This document shows, one piece after another, positions 28,464 to 38,716 of a DNA stretch of 64,000 nucleotides. This DNA is from Bacteroidales bacterium (lineage in GTDB: Bacteria; Bacteroidota; Bacteroidia; Bacteroidales; UBA3663): positions 97,630 through 161,629 of the forward strand of contig JAZQOF010000036.1 of assembly GCA_045627785.1 (NCBI GenBank), read 5' to 3'. Both the position numbers and the translations under genes were made by a program. The stretch's first letter is position 1. Each line of letters opens with the position of its first letter. The notes under the pieces are model-generated. The model saw nothing but the letters and a program-made list of their open reading frames with translations, did no database searches and was not told where the DNA came from.

Positions 28464-29915
28464 ATGATTATTTTAATTGAGCTCATATTATCAGCGTTAT
28501 TTACATTATATTCGGTAAAATGGATATATCTTAAGATTTTGAAAATTGCAAAAATCAAAGATATTGTTGATAATCCCAATGTAAGGAAGCTACAGAAAAC
28601 TCCAATGCCGGTATTGGGAGGTTTAGTAGTATTTTTTGGTTTGCTGATGGGATTGATGTTGTTCTATGCATTAACATCAGGAGAATATACAATTTCGAGT
28701 ACATTGATAATTGGAGCTGGTGTGTTGCTGTTCTTTGGAGCTATGGATGACATACTCAATCTCACTCCAAAGTCAAGAATCATAATAGAAATTGTAACTA
28801 TACTTGGCTTAATATTTGGAAGTGGAATGTGTATTGATTCATTATATGGATTATGGGGAATTTATAATTTCTCTTGGTGGATCGCTGTTCCTTTGACCGT
28901 ATTTGCAGGAGTGGGCATTATTAATGCTTATAATATGATAGATGGCGTTAATGGATTGTCTTCTGGTATATGTATATGTTGCAGTTTCTTTTATGCAATT
29001 ATCTTTTTGAACCAATCGGATTATTCTGCATGTGCTTTGGCTATATGTTTTGGCTCCGCTTTGTTCCCGTTTTTCCTTCATAATGTGTTCGGAAATCGAA
29101 GCAGAATGTATATAGGAGATAGTGGCACAATGGTTATGGGTCTCTTTGTTACATGGTTTTCTATTCAATTCTTATCATCAACCAATCGTGAATATTTAAT
29201 GGTCAACGATTCGTTAAATACGGGTGTAGGAGTTGTGGCTTTGGTACTTAGCATTGCATCTGTTCCTGTCGCCGACGCAATTCGAGTCATGTCTTTCAGA
29301 ATAATTCGTGGAAAGAGCCCGTTTGTCGGAGATAAAACGCATTTGCATCATATCTTTATTGCTTATGGTTTTAGTCATTTATTCACAACAATTAGCGAAA
29401 TCTTTATAAATATTGTAATTATTATTATCTGGTATGGCACCTACAAATTAGGTATGTCTGTCGATAATCAGTTATATATAACAATATTATCTTCAATGAT
29501 TTTTGTATGGGGTACATATTGTTGTTTATTGTATCATTCACGAAAACGAACCAGTTTTTATTTATCATTAAAAGCGATAGCACCAAGCACTCATTTCGGT
29601 CATAAAAAATGGTGGCTACGTTACCAGAGATATTTAGATCGTCATGCATTTGAAGATTATCGATTAATAATTGTCAACCGATATAATAAATCGATTGATG
29701 AATTGACTAAGATAGAGTGTTTTGAATCTTCAATTGTAAATTATTTACAAGGACGAAATTCTCTCAAATTGTCAGAATTGAGAGATGAAGGACTGATTGA
29801 AGATGAATACTTTGATATTGTAATTGAATCACTGGTAAAAAAGAATATTTTACAATGTACTCAGACTGATAAGAATGGTGAGATAGTTAAGATTGGTATT
29901 GGATCAATTTTATAG
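28464..29915 (+). CDS. wecA: Undecaprenyl-phosphate HexNAc-1-phosphate transferase (WecA/MraY family) with C-terminal extension
   Basis: DNPNVRKLQKTPMPVLGG, DD, NAYNMIDGVNGL, YIGDSG, DKTHLHH. Confidence 0.9.
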   Translation: MIILIELILSALFTLYSVKWIYLKILKIAKIKDIVDNPNVRKLQKTPMPVLGGLVVFFGLLMGLMLFYALTSGEYTISSTLIIGAGVLLFFGAMDDILNLTPKSRIIIEIVTILGLIFGSGMCIDSLYGLWGIYNFSWWIAVPLTVFAGVGIINAYNMIDGVNGLSSGICICCSFFYAIIFLNQSDYSACALAICFGSALFPFFLHNVFGNRSRMYIGDSGTMVMGLFVTWFSIQFLSSTNREYLMVNDSLNTGVGVVALVLSIASVPVADAIRVMSFRIIRGKSPFVGDKTHLHHIFIAYGFSHLFTTISEIFINIVIIIIWYGTYKLGMSVDNQLYITILSSMIFVWGTYCCLLYHSRKRTSFYLSLKAIAPSTHFGHKKWWLRYQRYLDRHAFEDYRLIIVNRYNKSIDELTKIECFESSIVNYLQGRNSLKLSELRDEGLIEDEYFDIVIESLVKKNILQCTQTDKNGEIVKIGIGSIL

Positions 29916-29924
29916 ATTTGGCAA

Positions 29925-30992
29925 ATGGCATTTTTTTGTATAAATAATGTAAAGGTAATAGGCATTTCTGCTTGCGTACCTTCAAAAATTGAAAATATTG
30001 AAGATTATCCTTTATTTAACGAGGTAGAAAAGCAACGAATGTTACCATTTTTCGGGTTGTCGAAACATCGTGTGGTTGATGAAAAAACTACACCTTCTGA
30101 TTTGTGCTATGCAGCGGCAGAAAAACTATTGGAAGAGTGTAAGTGGAGTAAAGAGTCAATTGATATTCTTGTATATGTATCTTCTACTCCAGACTATATT
30201 TTTCCTTCAACCTGCTGTGTTTTACACGACCGATTAGGATTAAAACAGGATTGTGCCGCTTTTGACATTCCATTTGGATGCTCTGGGTGGATATATGGAT
30301 TGACTGTTATTTGTAATTTGCTGTCTTCAGGAACGATAAAACGAGGACTCCTTTTAGTCGGAGATACTCCTTCAAGAGCAGCTTCAAAAGAAGATAAGTC
30401 TGTATATCCATTTTTCGGAGACGCAGGCTCAGCAACGGCAATTGAATATGAACCAGGTGCATTCGGTTTACGCGCGGAATTAGGTACGATCGGTTCTGGC
30501 TACGATAAAATAATAATGCCAGATGGGGGTATGAGAAATCCGGTGACAGAAGACAGTTTGGTTGTAAAAGAATTTGAATCTGGAGTAAAACGTTGCAATT
30601 TGAATACTCATATAGATGGCGTGGATGTTTTTGCATTATCTACAAAATTGGATCCAGTAAGCATAAGAACAGTGTTGGAAAAAGCCAATATTTCTATTGA
30701 CGATGTCGATTGTTTCGCATTTCATCAAACCAATAAATTTTTAAGTGAGAGAGTAAGGAAGATTTTGAAGTTGGCCCCAGAGAAAGTGCCGTATTCATTG
30801 GAAAATTTTTCTAATACAAGTGCAGCTTCAATTCCTTTGACCTTAGTCACCGAAAGAAGAGACCTGCTTGTGTCTACACGCATGAGAATTGTTGGATGTG
30901 CACTTGGTGTTGGACTGTCTTTGGGTGCATGTTATTTGGAAACAGATAAAATAATTGTCCCATCACTTGTAGAATATAACAATACAAAATAA
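29925..30992 (+). CDS. 3-oxoacyl-ACP synthase III (FabH-like)
   Basis: Catalytic triad motifs GCSG, FHQTN and NTSAASIP; FGDAGSA. Confidence 0.9.
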   Translation: MAFFCINNVKVIGISACVPSKIENIEDYPLFNEVEKQRMLPFFGLSKHRVVDEKTTPSDLCYAAAEKLLEECKWSKESIDILVYVSSTPDYIFPSTCCVLHDRLGLKQDCAAFDIPFGCSGWIYGLTVICNLLSSGTIKRGLLLVGDTPSRAASKEDKSVYPFFGDAGSATAIEYEPGAFGLRAELGTIGSGYDKIIMPDGGMRNPVTEDSLVVKEFESGVKRCNLNTHIDGVDVFALSTKLDPVSIRTVLEKANISIDDVDCFAFHQTNKFLSERVRKILKLAPEKVPYSLENFSNTSAASIPLTLVTERRDLLVSTRMRIVGCALGVGLSLGACYLETDKIIVPSLVEYNNTK

Positions 30993-30997
30993 TAGAT

Positions 30998-31237
30998 ATG
31001 ACAAATTTAGAAAAGTACGCAAAGGTTTTTTGTGAAACCTTGGAAATTAGTGAAGAGAAACTTGCAAACTTGCAGTATCAAGACGTTGAATTGTGGGATT
31101 CCGTGGGTCATATGACTCTCATAGCAAACTTGGAAGAGGAGTTTGATATCATGTTTGAGACAGACGATATTATTGACCTTTCTTCTTATGAGAAGGGTAT
31201 GGAGATATTGACAAAAAACTACAAGATAGCATTTTAA
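30998..31237 (+). CDS. Acyl carrier protein 1
   Basis: 79 aa, acidic, WDSVGHM phosphopantetheine site. Confidence 0.9.
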   Translation: MTNLEKYAKVFCETLEISEEKLANLQYQDVELWDSVGHMTLIANLEEEFDIMFETDDIIDLSSYEKGMEILTKNYKIAF

Positions 31238-31238
31238 G

Positions 31239-32000
31239 ATGTTGTTTCAAGGCAAGAACGCAATTATTACTGGAGCAAGAACAGGTATTGGCTTGGCTTG
31301 TGTCCGACGATTCTCTGAAGAAGGAGCAAATATTTGGGCCATTATTCATAGAGAAGATCAAGCTTTTTTGCAGGAAATTGTTGATTTAGCTTCAAAATAT
31401 AATACTTGGATTAAGCCGGTATACATTGATTTGTCAGATAGAGAAGCCATAAAAACAGGTATTCAAGCTATTGTAAAAGAAAAACTCTCAATTGATATTC
31501 TTGTTAATGCAGCTGGCGTAGTTTCGCCTAACAATCTCATTCAAATGACTAGTTTGGATGTGATGCATAAAGTAATGGACATGAATTTCTTCTCAGTTGT
31601 TCAAATATGTCAATTGGTGTCCCGAATGATGTGTAAGCAAAAGTCGGGTTCTATAGTCAATGTCGGTTCAATAGCGGGATTAGATGGAGACTTGGCCCAA
31701 ATGGAGTATGCTGCCAGTAAGGCAGCTTTGATTTGTGCCACCAAAAAGATGGCATACGAATGGGGACAATATGGCATTCGTGTTAACGCTGTTGCTCCAG
31801 GATTAACTGGAACTAAAATGCTGGATGGAATGGCTCAATCTGATGTCGAGTTTATGGTCGAGAATAATCCCCTTCGACGTCAAGCAATTCCAGCAGAGAT
31901 TGCCGATTGCATTTGTTTTTTATCAAGCGATCAGGCTTCTTATATTACCTCTCAAGTAATCCGCATTGATGGCGGAGGTTATAAATTACATTTGAAATAA
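31239..32000 (+). CDS. SDR oxidoreductase (FabG-like)
   Basis: TGARTGIG, NAAG, YAASK, IRVNAVAPG, DGG. Confidence 0.92.
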   Translation: MLFQGKNAIITGARTGIGLACVRRFSEEGANIWAIIHREDQAFLQEIVDLASKYNTWIKPVYIDLSDREAIKTGIQAIVKEKLSIDILVNAAGVVSPNNLIQMTSLDVMHKVMDMNFFSVVQICQLVSRMMCKQKSGSIVNVGSIAGLDGDLAQMEYAASKAALICATKKMAYEWGQYGIRVNAVAPGLTGTKMLDGMAQSDVEFMVENNPLRRQAIPAEIADCICFLSSDQASYITSQVIRIDGGGYKLHLK

Positions 32001-32015
32001 TAATATAAAAGCAAT

Positions 32016-32951
32016 ATGAAAAAGAAATTAAATTTAAAGAGTATCCAAAAGATGAAACAGGACAAGGTGCCTCTTTCATGGATTACTGCATATGATTTGC
32101 CATTTGCAAGTGCTGCCGAGAATGCCGGAATTGATATGATTCTGGTAGGTGATTCTGGTGGTATGGTTCAGTTGGGTTACGAAACAACGAATCCTGTTAC
32201 AATGGATGAAATGTTATTGATGGCCAAATCTGCTCGTAGAGGTGCTCCAAACACCTTCATCGTTGGCGATATGCCACAAGGATCGTATGAAATCAGCGCA
32301 GAAAAGGCTGTTGAAAATGCAATGCGATTTGTTAAAGAGGCAGGAAGTGATGCCATTAAACTCGAAGGTGGAAGGAGAGTCATTGATAAAGTTAAGGCAA
32401 TAGTCGATGCTGGTATTTTGGTTATTGGACATTTAGGACTAACTCCACAATCAACAAGTTCTTTCGGGGGATATAATGTGCAAGGTAAAACTCTTAAAAG
32501 TTTCGATGAAACAATGGAAGATGCATTAGCATTACAAGAGGCAGGAGTAATGGCATTATTGCTTGAAGCTATGCCGGCAGAACCAGCTGCACAGATTGCA
32601 CAACGGTTAGATATTCCTGTTTTTGGAATTGGTACAGGAAATATGATGGATGGTCAGTTAATTATTATGCATGATATGTTAGGGTTCTATCAGTCATTCC
32701 GTCCTTGGTTCGCAAAGTGTTATGTGCCAGAAGTTATTGATAAATTTGCAAGTCAGCTTAAAGAAGTTGATGATATGAAGCAATTTGGCCGCGAGCATCG
32801 TAAGGACGGATTGTTTGCTATAGCAGAGATGGCAATTGCCAAATATATTGAAGAGGTAAAGAGCCGTCAGTTCCCAAGTGAAGAATATACATATCCTATT
32901 AAGGAAGAACAGCTCGCTGATGTAAAACAATCTAAATATTGGATGGCATGA
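32016..32951 (+). CDS. panB: 3-methyl-2-oxobutanoate hydroxymethyltransferase (PanB family)
   Basis: ITAYD, LVGDS, GDMP, KLEGG, GHLGLTPQ, GIG.G...DGQ. Confidence 0.9.
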   Translation: MKKKLNLKSIQKMKQDKVPLSWITAYDLPFASAAENAGIDMILVGDSGGMVQLGYETTNPVTMDEMLLMAKSARRGAPNTFIVGDMPQGSYEISAEKAVENAMRFVKEAGSDAIKLEGGRRVIDKVKAIVDAGILVIGHLGLTPQSTSSFGGYNVQGKTLKSFDETMEDALALQEAGVMALLLEAMPAEPAAQIAQRLDIPVFGIGTGNMMDGQLIIMHDMLGFYQSFRPWFAKCYVPEVIDKFASQLKEVDDMKQFGREHRKDGLFAIAEMAIAKYIEEVKSRQFPSEEYTYPIKEEQLADVKQSKYWMA

Positions 32952-34738
32952 AACAAAGAATGGTAGATTTCCTGATGGATCGTTTGGCTAAGGCTGGTGT
33001 TGGACATGTGTTCTTCGTCCCAGGAACAGGTGATATGCATCTTACCGACGCTTTGGCTCGTTGCAAGGATATTGTTCCAGTTTCTGTTCACCACGAACAA
33101 TCTGCGGGTATGGCGGCTATCACTTACGCGAAATGTAATGAAGTTTTAGGCGCATGTGTTGTTACTACAGGGTGTGGTGGCACTAACGCTATAACAGCTT
33201 GTTTGCATGCTTGGCAAGATAATGTTCCTTGTGTTTTTATTTCAGGACAGGCTGCTCGTCATCAAACAATTCGTAATAGCAATGTGCCATTACGGCAGAA
33301 AGGGCGTCAAGAAGCAGATATTATTGCAATAGTATCTTCGATTACCAAATATGCGGTAATGATTAACGATCCGAATGAATCTGCCTTTGAGATTGATAAA
33401 GCTATTCATATTGCACAAACCGGAAGAAAAGGTCCAGTTTGGATAGATGTACCTATGGATGTACAAAGTGCAATAGTTGAAACAGATTTGATGCTACAAT
33501 TCAAAAAGCCAGAGATTTGTATTCCTGAAATAATGGAAGATCAAGTTAATGAGGTATGGAATGCTCTTTCGACCGCAAAACGCCCTGTGCTTTTGGTCGG
33601 CAATGGTGTCCGTCTTTCAAAAGGTATTCCTGCGCTTAAAACTTTTGTTGAAAAAGTCGGTTTACCTGTTGTATATTCTAGACTTGGTCATGACCTAATG
33701 GATTATGATAATCCTCTTTATATTGGCATGATTGGTATGTTGGGAGCTAATCGATCTGGTAATTTCGCTGTTCAGAATTCAGATTTGGTTATATGCTTGG
33801 GTTGTAGATTATCCATAAATACAACAAGCTATGAATACGAGAAATTCGCACGTGAAGCCAAATTGATAGTTATTGACATAGATAAAACAGAACATCTGAA
33901 GGACACTGTTAAGATTGATACGTTCATTGAGAGCGATGCAAAAGTGTTTTTGGAAAAAATGACTGAAGTTTCTTCATTGTTGCCAATTGATTCTTGGCGA
34001 GAAAAATGTTTGCATTGGAAACAAACATTCCCAGCTTGTGAGGAAAAGCGAAAACATGGTGAACACATTGACATGTTTTGGTTTATGGAAGCTTTGTCGC
34101 AAGTAATGCCAGATAATTGTGTTGTATTAAGCGATGCTGGAAATTCATATTTCATCACAACTTCAGCTATTCATGTAAAACCATCTAGGGGACAACGTTC
34201 AATCACATCTGGAGCACAAGCAGAAATGGGTTATTCTTTGCCAGCAACAATTGGTGCATCTTATGCTATTGAAGGAATTGTCGTTGGTATAAGTGGAGAC
34301 GGATCCGTCATGATGAATATTCAAGATATGGCGACTCTGGCTTATAACAATAGGAATATCAAGTTATTTATTATGAATAATAATGGATATTCAAGTATTC
34401 GACAGTTGCAGAACACAGCATTTAGAGGACGTTTGATTGGTTGTGATCCAGGTAGCGGTTTAGGAATGCCTGATTTCGGTAGAGTAGCAGAAGCCTTTGG
34501 ATTGCAATTCAAGCGTCTTGTAGGCTCGGAAAATTTGCCGGCAAAGATTGACGAGGTGCTCAAAATGGAAGGTTCTGTTGTTTGTGAGGTTATGTGTGAA
34601 CCAGAACAAGAGTTCCTTCAGGTTTCGACTGCTATGAATAGTAAACGAAGGATTGTTATGCGTCCTATTGAAGACCAGGCTCCATTTCTTGAGCGAGATG
34701 TATTCTTCAAAGAGATGATAATAACTCCGTTAGATTAA
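32948..34738 (+). CDS. ThDP-dependent enzyme, acetolactate-synthase-like
   Basis: HHEQSA, TTGCGGTN, GPVWIDVP.D, GDGS...NNNGY ThDP motif. ATG 32948 overlaps the panB stop. Confidence 0.9.
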   Translation: MKQRMVDFLMDRLAKAGVGHVFFVPGTGDMHLTDALARCKDIVPVSVHHEQSAGMAAITYAKCNEVLGACVVTTGCGGTNAITACLHAWQDNVPCVFISGQAARHQTIRNSNVPLRQKGRQEADIIAIVSSITKYAVMINDPNESAFEIDKAIHIAQTGRKGPVWIDVPMDVQSAIVETDLMLQFKKPEICIPEIMEDQVNEVWNALSTAKRPVLLVGNGVRLSKGIPALKTFVEKVGLPVVYSRLGHDLMDYDNPLYIGMIGMLGANRSGNFAVQNSDLVICLGCRLSINTTSYEYEKFAREAKLIVIDIDKTEHLKDTVKIDTFIESDAKVFLEKMTEVSSLLPIDSWREKCLHWKQTFPACEEKRKHGEHIDMFWFMEALSQVMPDNCVVLSDAGNSYFITTSAIHVKPSRGQRSITSGAQAEMGYSLPATIGASYAIEGIVVGISGDGSVMMNIQDMATLAYNNRNIKLFIMNNNGYSSIRQLQNTAFRGRLIGCDPGSGLGMPDFGRVAEAFGLQFKRLVGSENLPAKIDEVLKMEGSVVCEVMCEPEQEFLQVSTAMNSKRRIVMRPIEDQAPFLERDVFFKEMIITPLD

Positions 34739-34752
34739 GTTCTCTGAAGCAA

Positions 34753-36150
34753 ATGGTATTCAACCTATCCCAATTCGGCACTAATATAGCAGTTGTTACA
34801 GAGCAAGGTCAAAAACTTAGCTATAAAGAATTGCTCTCATTGGTAGACCAAATAGGTGCAGGATTGCGAAAAAATACTCTTTCTTTTTGCTTATGTCATA
34901 ATAGTATAGGTTCTCTTGTCGGATATTTGGCATTCCTCGAATTTGGCATTCCTACGGTAATGCTGGATGGTGACAAATCAAAGGATTTGATAGATTCTTT
35001 GATAAATGTTTACCATCCTCATTACATTTGGTTGCCAACCGAACGGAAACAAGATTTCTCGGGGAACGTGATTGAAGAAATTGAAGGGTATTCTATGATA
35101 GAGTGTAATTTCCCTTCTTATGATATTGAACCTTCTGTTGCCTTACTTCTTACAACATCTGGTTCGACAGGTTCTCCCAAATTAGTTAGGCTTACAACAA
35201 AGAATTTATTAAGTAACGCAGAATCCATAGCAGAATTTTTACAGATTGATGAAGATGAACGACCTATCACGTCGTTGCCGATGTATTATAGTTATGGTCT
35301 TTCTGTTATTAATAGTCATCTTTTGAAAGGAGCCACATTACTTCTTACAGATAGAACCGTTATCCAGAAGGAGTTTTGGTCATTCGCAAAAGAAGCAGAA
35401 GCGACAAGCATTTCTGGTGTTCCTTATACATATGAAATGCTGCGTCGGCTTCGGATATTCCGTATGGATCTTCCAAAGCTAAAAACAATGACACAAGCTG
35501 GAGGAAAATTGAACGCAGGTATAGTAGAAGAGTATATAAAAAATGCTAATGCGGTTGGTAAGCGGTTCATTGTGATGTATGGTCAGACCGAAGCAACTGC
35601 TCGTATGAGTTACTTGCCAGAAAAGTGGGCTATAGAGAAATATTCAAGTATTGGTATTGCAATTCCTGGTGGAAAGTTTTCTTTGATTGACGCTGATGGT
35701 CGTGTCATTACAGAGCCAAATGTCGATGGCGAGTTGATTTACGAAGGCGCAAATGTCTCGATGGGCTATGCAGAAAGCATAAATGATCTTGCCAAAGATG
35801 ACGAAAATCATGGCATATTGCATACAGGCGATATTGCTCGTATGGATGCAGATGGTTTTTACTATATTACAGGTCGCTTGAAACGATTCGTAAAAGTTTG
35901 GGGCAATCGCTGTAATCTTGATGCTACAGAACAATTGTTGAAAGGCATAACAACAAACTGTGCGTGTGTCGGCGTAGATGATAAGATAACGATCTTTGTG
36001 ACTACAGAAGGTCTTGATGGTGATATTAAAACGTTACTCGCAGAAAAGATGGGATTAAATACTCGTGCGTTTGAAGTGAGAATTATTTCTGAGATTCCTA
36101 AAAATTCAAGCGGTAAAGTGCAATATGCAGAATTGCAAAAAATGTTGTAA
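34753..36150 (+). CDS. AMP-dependent acyl ligase (ANL family)
   Basis: TTSGSTGSPK, YGQTE, TGD, GR.KR, PKNSSGK. Confidence 0.93.
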   Translation: MVFNLSQFGTNIAVVTEQGQKLSYKELLSLVDQIGAGLRKNTLSFCLCHNSIGSLVGYLAFLEFGIPTVMLDGDKSKDLIDSLINVYHPHYIWLPTERKQDFSGNVIEEIEGYSMIECNFPSYDIEPSVALLLTTSGSTGSPKLVRLTTKNLLSNAESIAEFLQIDEDERPITSLPMYYSYGLSVINSHLLKGATLLLTDRTVIQKEFWSFAKEAEATSISGVPYTYEMLRRLRIFRMDLPKLKTMTQAGGKLNAGIVEEYIKNANAVGKRFIVMYGQTEATARMSYLPEKWAIEKYSSIGIAIPGGKFSLIDADGRVITEPNVDGELIYEGANVSMGYAESINDLAKDDENHGILHTGDIARMDADGFYYITGRLKRFVKVWGNRCNLDATEQLLKGITTNCACVGVDDKITIFVTTEGLDGDIKTLLAEKMGLNTRAFEVRIISEIPKNSSGKVQYAELQKML

Positions 36151-36195
36151 CAAGAGAATAATTCATGTCTCATTTGAAGAAGATAATAGACCCCT

Positions 36196-37281
36196 ATGAC
36201 ATTAGATGAGATACTAAATATCAATCCATATTCATTGAGCAAGGAAGAGAAACAACAAATGCTCAACGAAAGATTACAGGAGTTAACTCGACATCATTAT
36301 GCAGAGTGCCCAGAATATAGGCGTATGATGGACGCTATTGGATTGGATATAGATAATTTGCTGGGATATGAAGATTTGCCTTTTTTGACAGTACGTTTAT
36401 TCAAAGAGTTTGAGTTACGTAGTTGCAAGAAAGAAGACATAGTAAAGACTCTTACTTCTTCTGGTACTACAGGTCAGCAGGTTTCACGAATCTTCCTCGA
36501 TCGCGAAGCATCATCAAATCAGACAAAGTGTTTGACTAAGATTGTTTCTCATTTTCTCGGTACAAAACGAGTGCCAATGTTGATACTTGATTCAAGTGCG
36601 GTTGTTAAGAACAGAGCAATGTTCTCTGCTCGAGGAGCTGGAATTCTGGGCTTTTCAATGTTTGGAAGTAAGAGACAGTATGCTCTGAATGAAGATATGG
36701 AGCTTGATATTGAAGGAATGAAGACTTTCCTCGATGAACATAAAGGAGAACCAATATTTATGTTTGGCTTCACTTTCATGGTATGGCAGCATTTTTATAA
36801 GAAACTGCTAGAGTGCGGCTACAAACCAGATTTGTCGAAAGGGGTGCTTATTCATGGAGGAGGCTGGAAAAAGCTCGTGTCTGAACAAGTATCGCCTTCA
36901 AAATTCAAGGATTGTTTGAACAATGTTTGTGGCATATCTCCAGAAAATGTACACGACTATTATGGTATGGTCGAACAGACTGGCACAATCTATATGGAAT
37001 GTAAGTGCGGGCATCTGCATACATCATGTTTCAGCGATGTGTTGGTTCGTAATCCAAAGGATTGGTCACTTTGCAAGGCCGGAGAAAAAGGCCTGATTGA
37101 AGTCGTGAGTGTATTGCCAAAGAGCTACCCGGGTCATATCTTACTAACTGAAGACGAAGGTATAATTCTAGGAGAGGATGACTGCCCTTGTGGGATGAGC
37201 GGCAAATATTTTAAGATTGAAGGCAGAATAAAAAATGCCGAGATTCGAGGCTGTAGCGATACATACGCCGCAAAATTTTAA
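36196..37281 (+). CDS. LuxE-like acyl-protein synthetase
   Basis: TSSGTTGQ, HGGGWK, YGMVE, YPGHILLTED, C-terminal EIRGCS. Confidence 0.88.
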   Translation: MTLDEILNINPYSLSKEEKQQMLNERLQELTRHHYAECPEYRRMMDAIGLDIDNLLGYEDLPFLTVRLFKEFELRSCKKEDIVKTLTSSGTTGQQVSRIFLDREASSNQTKCLTKIVSHFLGTKRVPMLILDSSAVVKNRAMFSARGAGILGFSMFGSKRQYALNEDMELDIEGMKTFLDEHKGEPIFMFGFTFMVWQHFYKKLLECGYKPDLSKGVLIHGGGWKKLVSEQVSPSKFKDCLNNVCGISPENVHDYYGMVEQTGTIYMECKCGHLHTSCFSDVLVRNPKDWSLCKAGEKGLIEVVSVLPKSYPGHILLTEDEGIILGEDDCPCGMSGKYFKIEGRIKNAEIRGCSDTYAAKF

Positions 37282-37286
37282 TATTT

Positions 37287-38480
37287 ATGCCAGAATATAC
37301 ATTATTATATCCAGCGAGTGTCGATTGGGATGTATTTAAGAAAGCAAAACCTAGGCAACCGTTTGCCGAAGAGGTAATTGAATATCTTAATGCCCTTTCA
37401 GGAGCATTGCTCAAGGATAGAGCATCGCGCAACTATTCAGATGTTGTGACATTCGCTTTTTTTTGTAGAAAAGCAAATCTTTTGAAGCTTAAGGAACAAT
37501 ACACAAGAGATTCTGTCATTCGTCTTGGCAGAGGAACTCTTTTCCATATTGCACCATCGAATGTGCCAATTAATTTCGCTTATTCACTAGTGGCTGGGAT
37601 GTTGGCAGGAAACTATAATGTTGTGAGAGTATCTTCGAACGTCTTCTCTCAGGTGGACATCGTCATTAAGGTTATGCACACATTAATTGTCGATTTTCCT
37701 TCTGTTGCCAATTGTTTTGCTTTGGTTCGATATGATAGAATGAGTGATGCCACAGCATTCTTTTCTTCATTTGCAGCAAGTAGGGTAATTTGGGGAGGAG
37801 ATGAAACAATCTCAACGATTCGTAAAAACGCAATTCCTCCGCGCAGTTTCGATATTTGCTTTGCGGATCGTTATTCTATAGCTGCAATAAATCCGGAGAC
37901 AATTATGGCGGCTAAAGAAGCTGATATGAAAAAAATTGCAGAAAATTTCTACAACGACACATATTTATTCGACCAGAATGCTTGTTCTGCTCCGCATCTC
38001 ATTTTTTGGTTAAATAAAAGTGATGTTGAGGCTGCAAAGAATAAGTTTTGGCATGCTGTTTATGAGTATACAGTAACAAAATACAATCTTCCAGCAGTTT
38101 TATCAGTAGATAAGCTCACTGCTTTTTATCGTCAGGCTATTTGTATGGATTCTAAGATCGAAGCAATGCCAGATAACTATATCGTTCGTGTCGATTTAAA
38201 AGATGTACCACAAAATATCGAGAATTTTCGTTGTGCTGGAGGTTATTTTTCAGAGAAAACTATTGATTCCCTTGATGAAATATCTCCAATTATCACTAAT
38301 AAGTATCAGACACTTGCGTACTATGGTATTGAAAGATCAGAACTAAAGGATTTTGTGCAAAATAATCGTCTTTTAGGTCTTGATCGTATTGTCCCATTGG
38401 GCGAAACAACCGCATTTTCACTCACATGGGATGGTTATAATTTGATTGATACAATGAGCAGAGTGTGCTCAATTATATAA
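37287..38480 (+). CDS. LuxC-like acyl-CoA/acyl-protein reductase
   Basis: FHIAPSNVP, WGGDET, F.DRYS, DQNACSAPH (catalytic Cys), DRIVPLG, WDG. Confidence 0.88.
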   Translation: MPEYTLLYPASVDWDVFKKAKPRQPFAEEVIEYLNALSGALLKDRASRNYSDVVTFAFFCRKANLLKLKEQYTRDSVIRLGRGTLFHIAPSNVPINFAYSLVAGMLAGNYNVVRVSSNVFSQVDIVIKVMHTLIVDFPSVANCFALVRYDRMSDATAFFSSFAASRVIWGGDETISTIRKNAIPPRSFDICFADRYSIAAINPETIMAAKEADMKKIAENFYNDTYLFDQNACSAPHLIFWLNKSDVEAAKNKFWHAVYEYTVTKYNLPAVLSVDKLTAFYRQAICMDSKIEAMPDNYIVRVDLKDVPQNIENFRCAGGYFSEKTIDSLDEISPIITNKYQTLAYYGIERSELKDFVQNNRLLGLDRIVPLGETTAFSLTWDGYNLIDTMSRVCSII

Positions 38481-38491
38481 TATTTGGAATT

Positions 38492-38710
38492 ATGAATATT
38501 AAGGAAAAGATTAGAGTAATAGAGGAAACGTTAGAGGTCGATTTAAATTCTCTTAATGAAGAAACATCTCTTTCTTCTTTGGAAGAATGGAATAGCATGA
38601 CAATACTTTCTGTAATGGTTATGCTTGAAGATGATTATGAGGTTTTTGTTTCTGGAACAGATTTAAAGAACTGTAAAACTGTTGCAGATTTAGCATCTTT
38701 AATCCCTTAA
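38492..38710 (+). CDS. Acyl carrier protein 2
   Basis: 72 aa from ATG 38492, acidic, WNSM phosphopantetheine-type Ser, KTVADL. Confidence 0.82.
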   Translation: MNIKEKIRVIEETLEVDLNSLNEETSLSSLEEWNSMTILSVMVMLEDDYEVFVSGTDLKNCKTVADLASLIP

Positions 38711-38716
38711 TCAGAT

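Noticed and set aside
36196-38480. Bioluminescence operon
   Set aside because: No luxA, luxB or luxD; the context is polysaccharide acyl biosynthesis.
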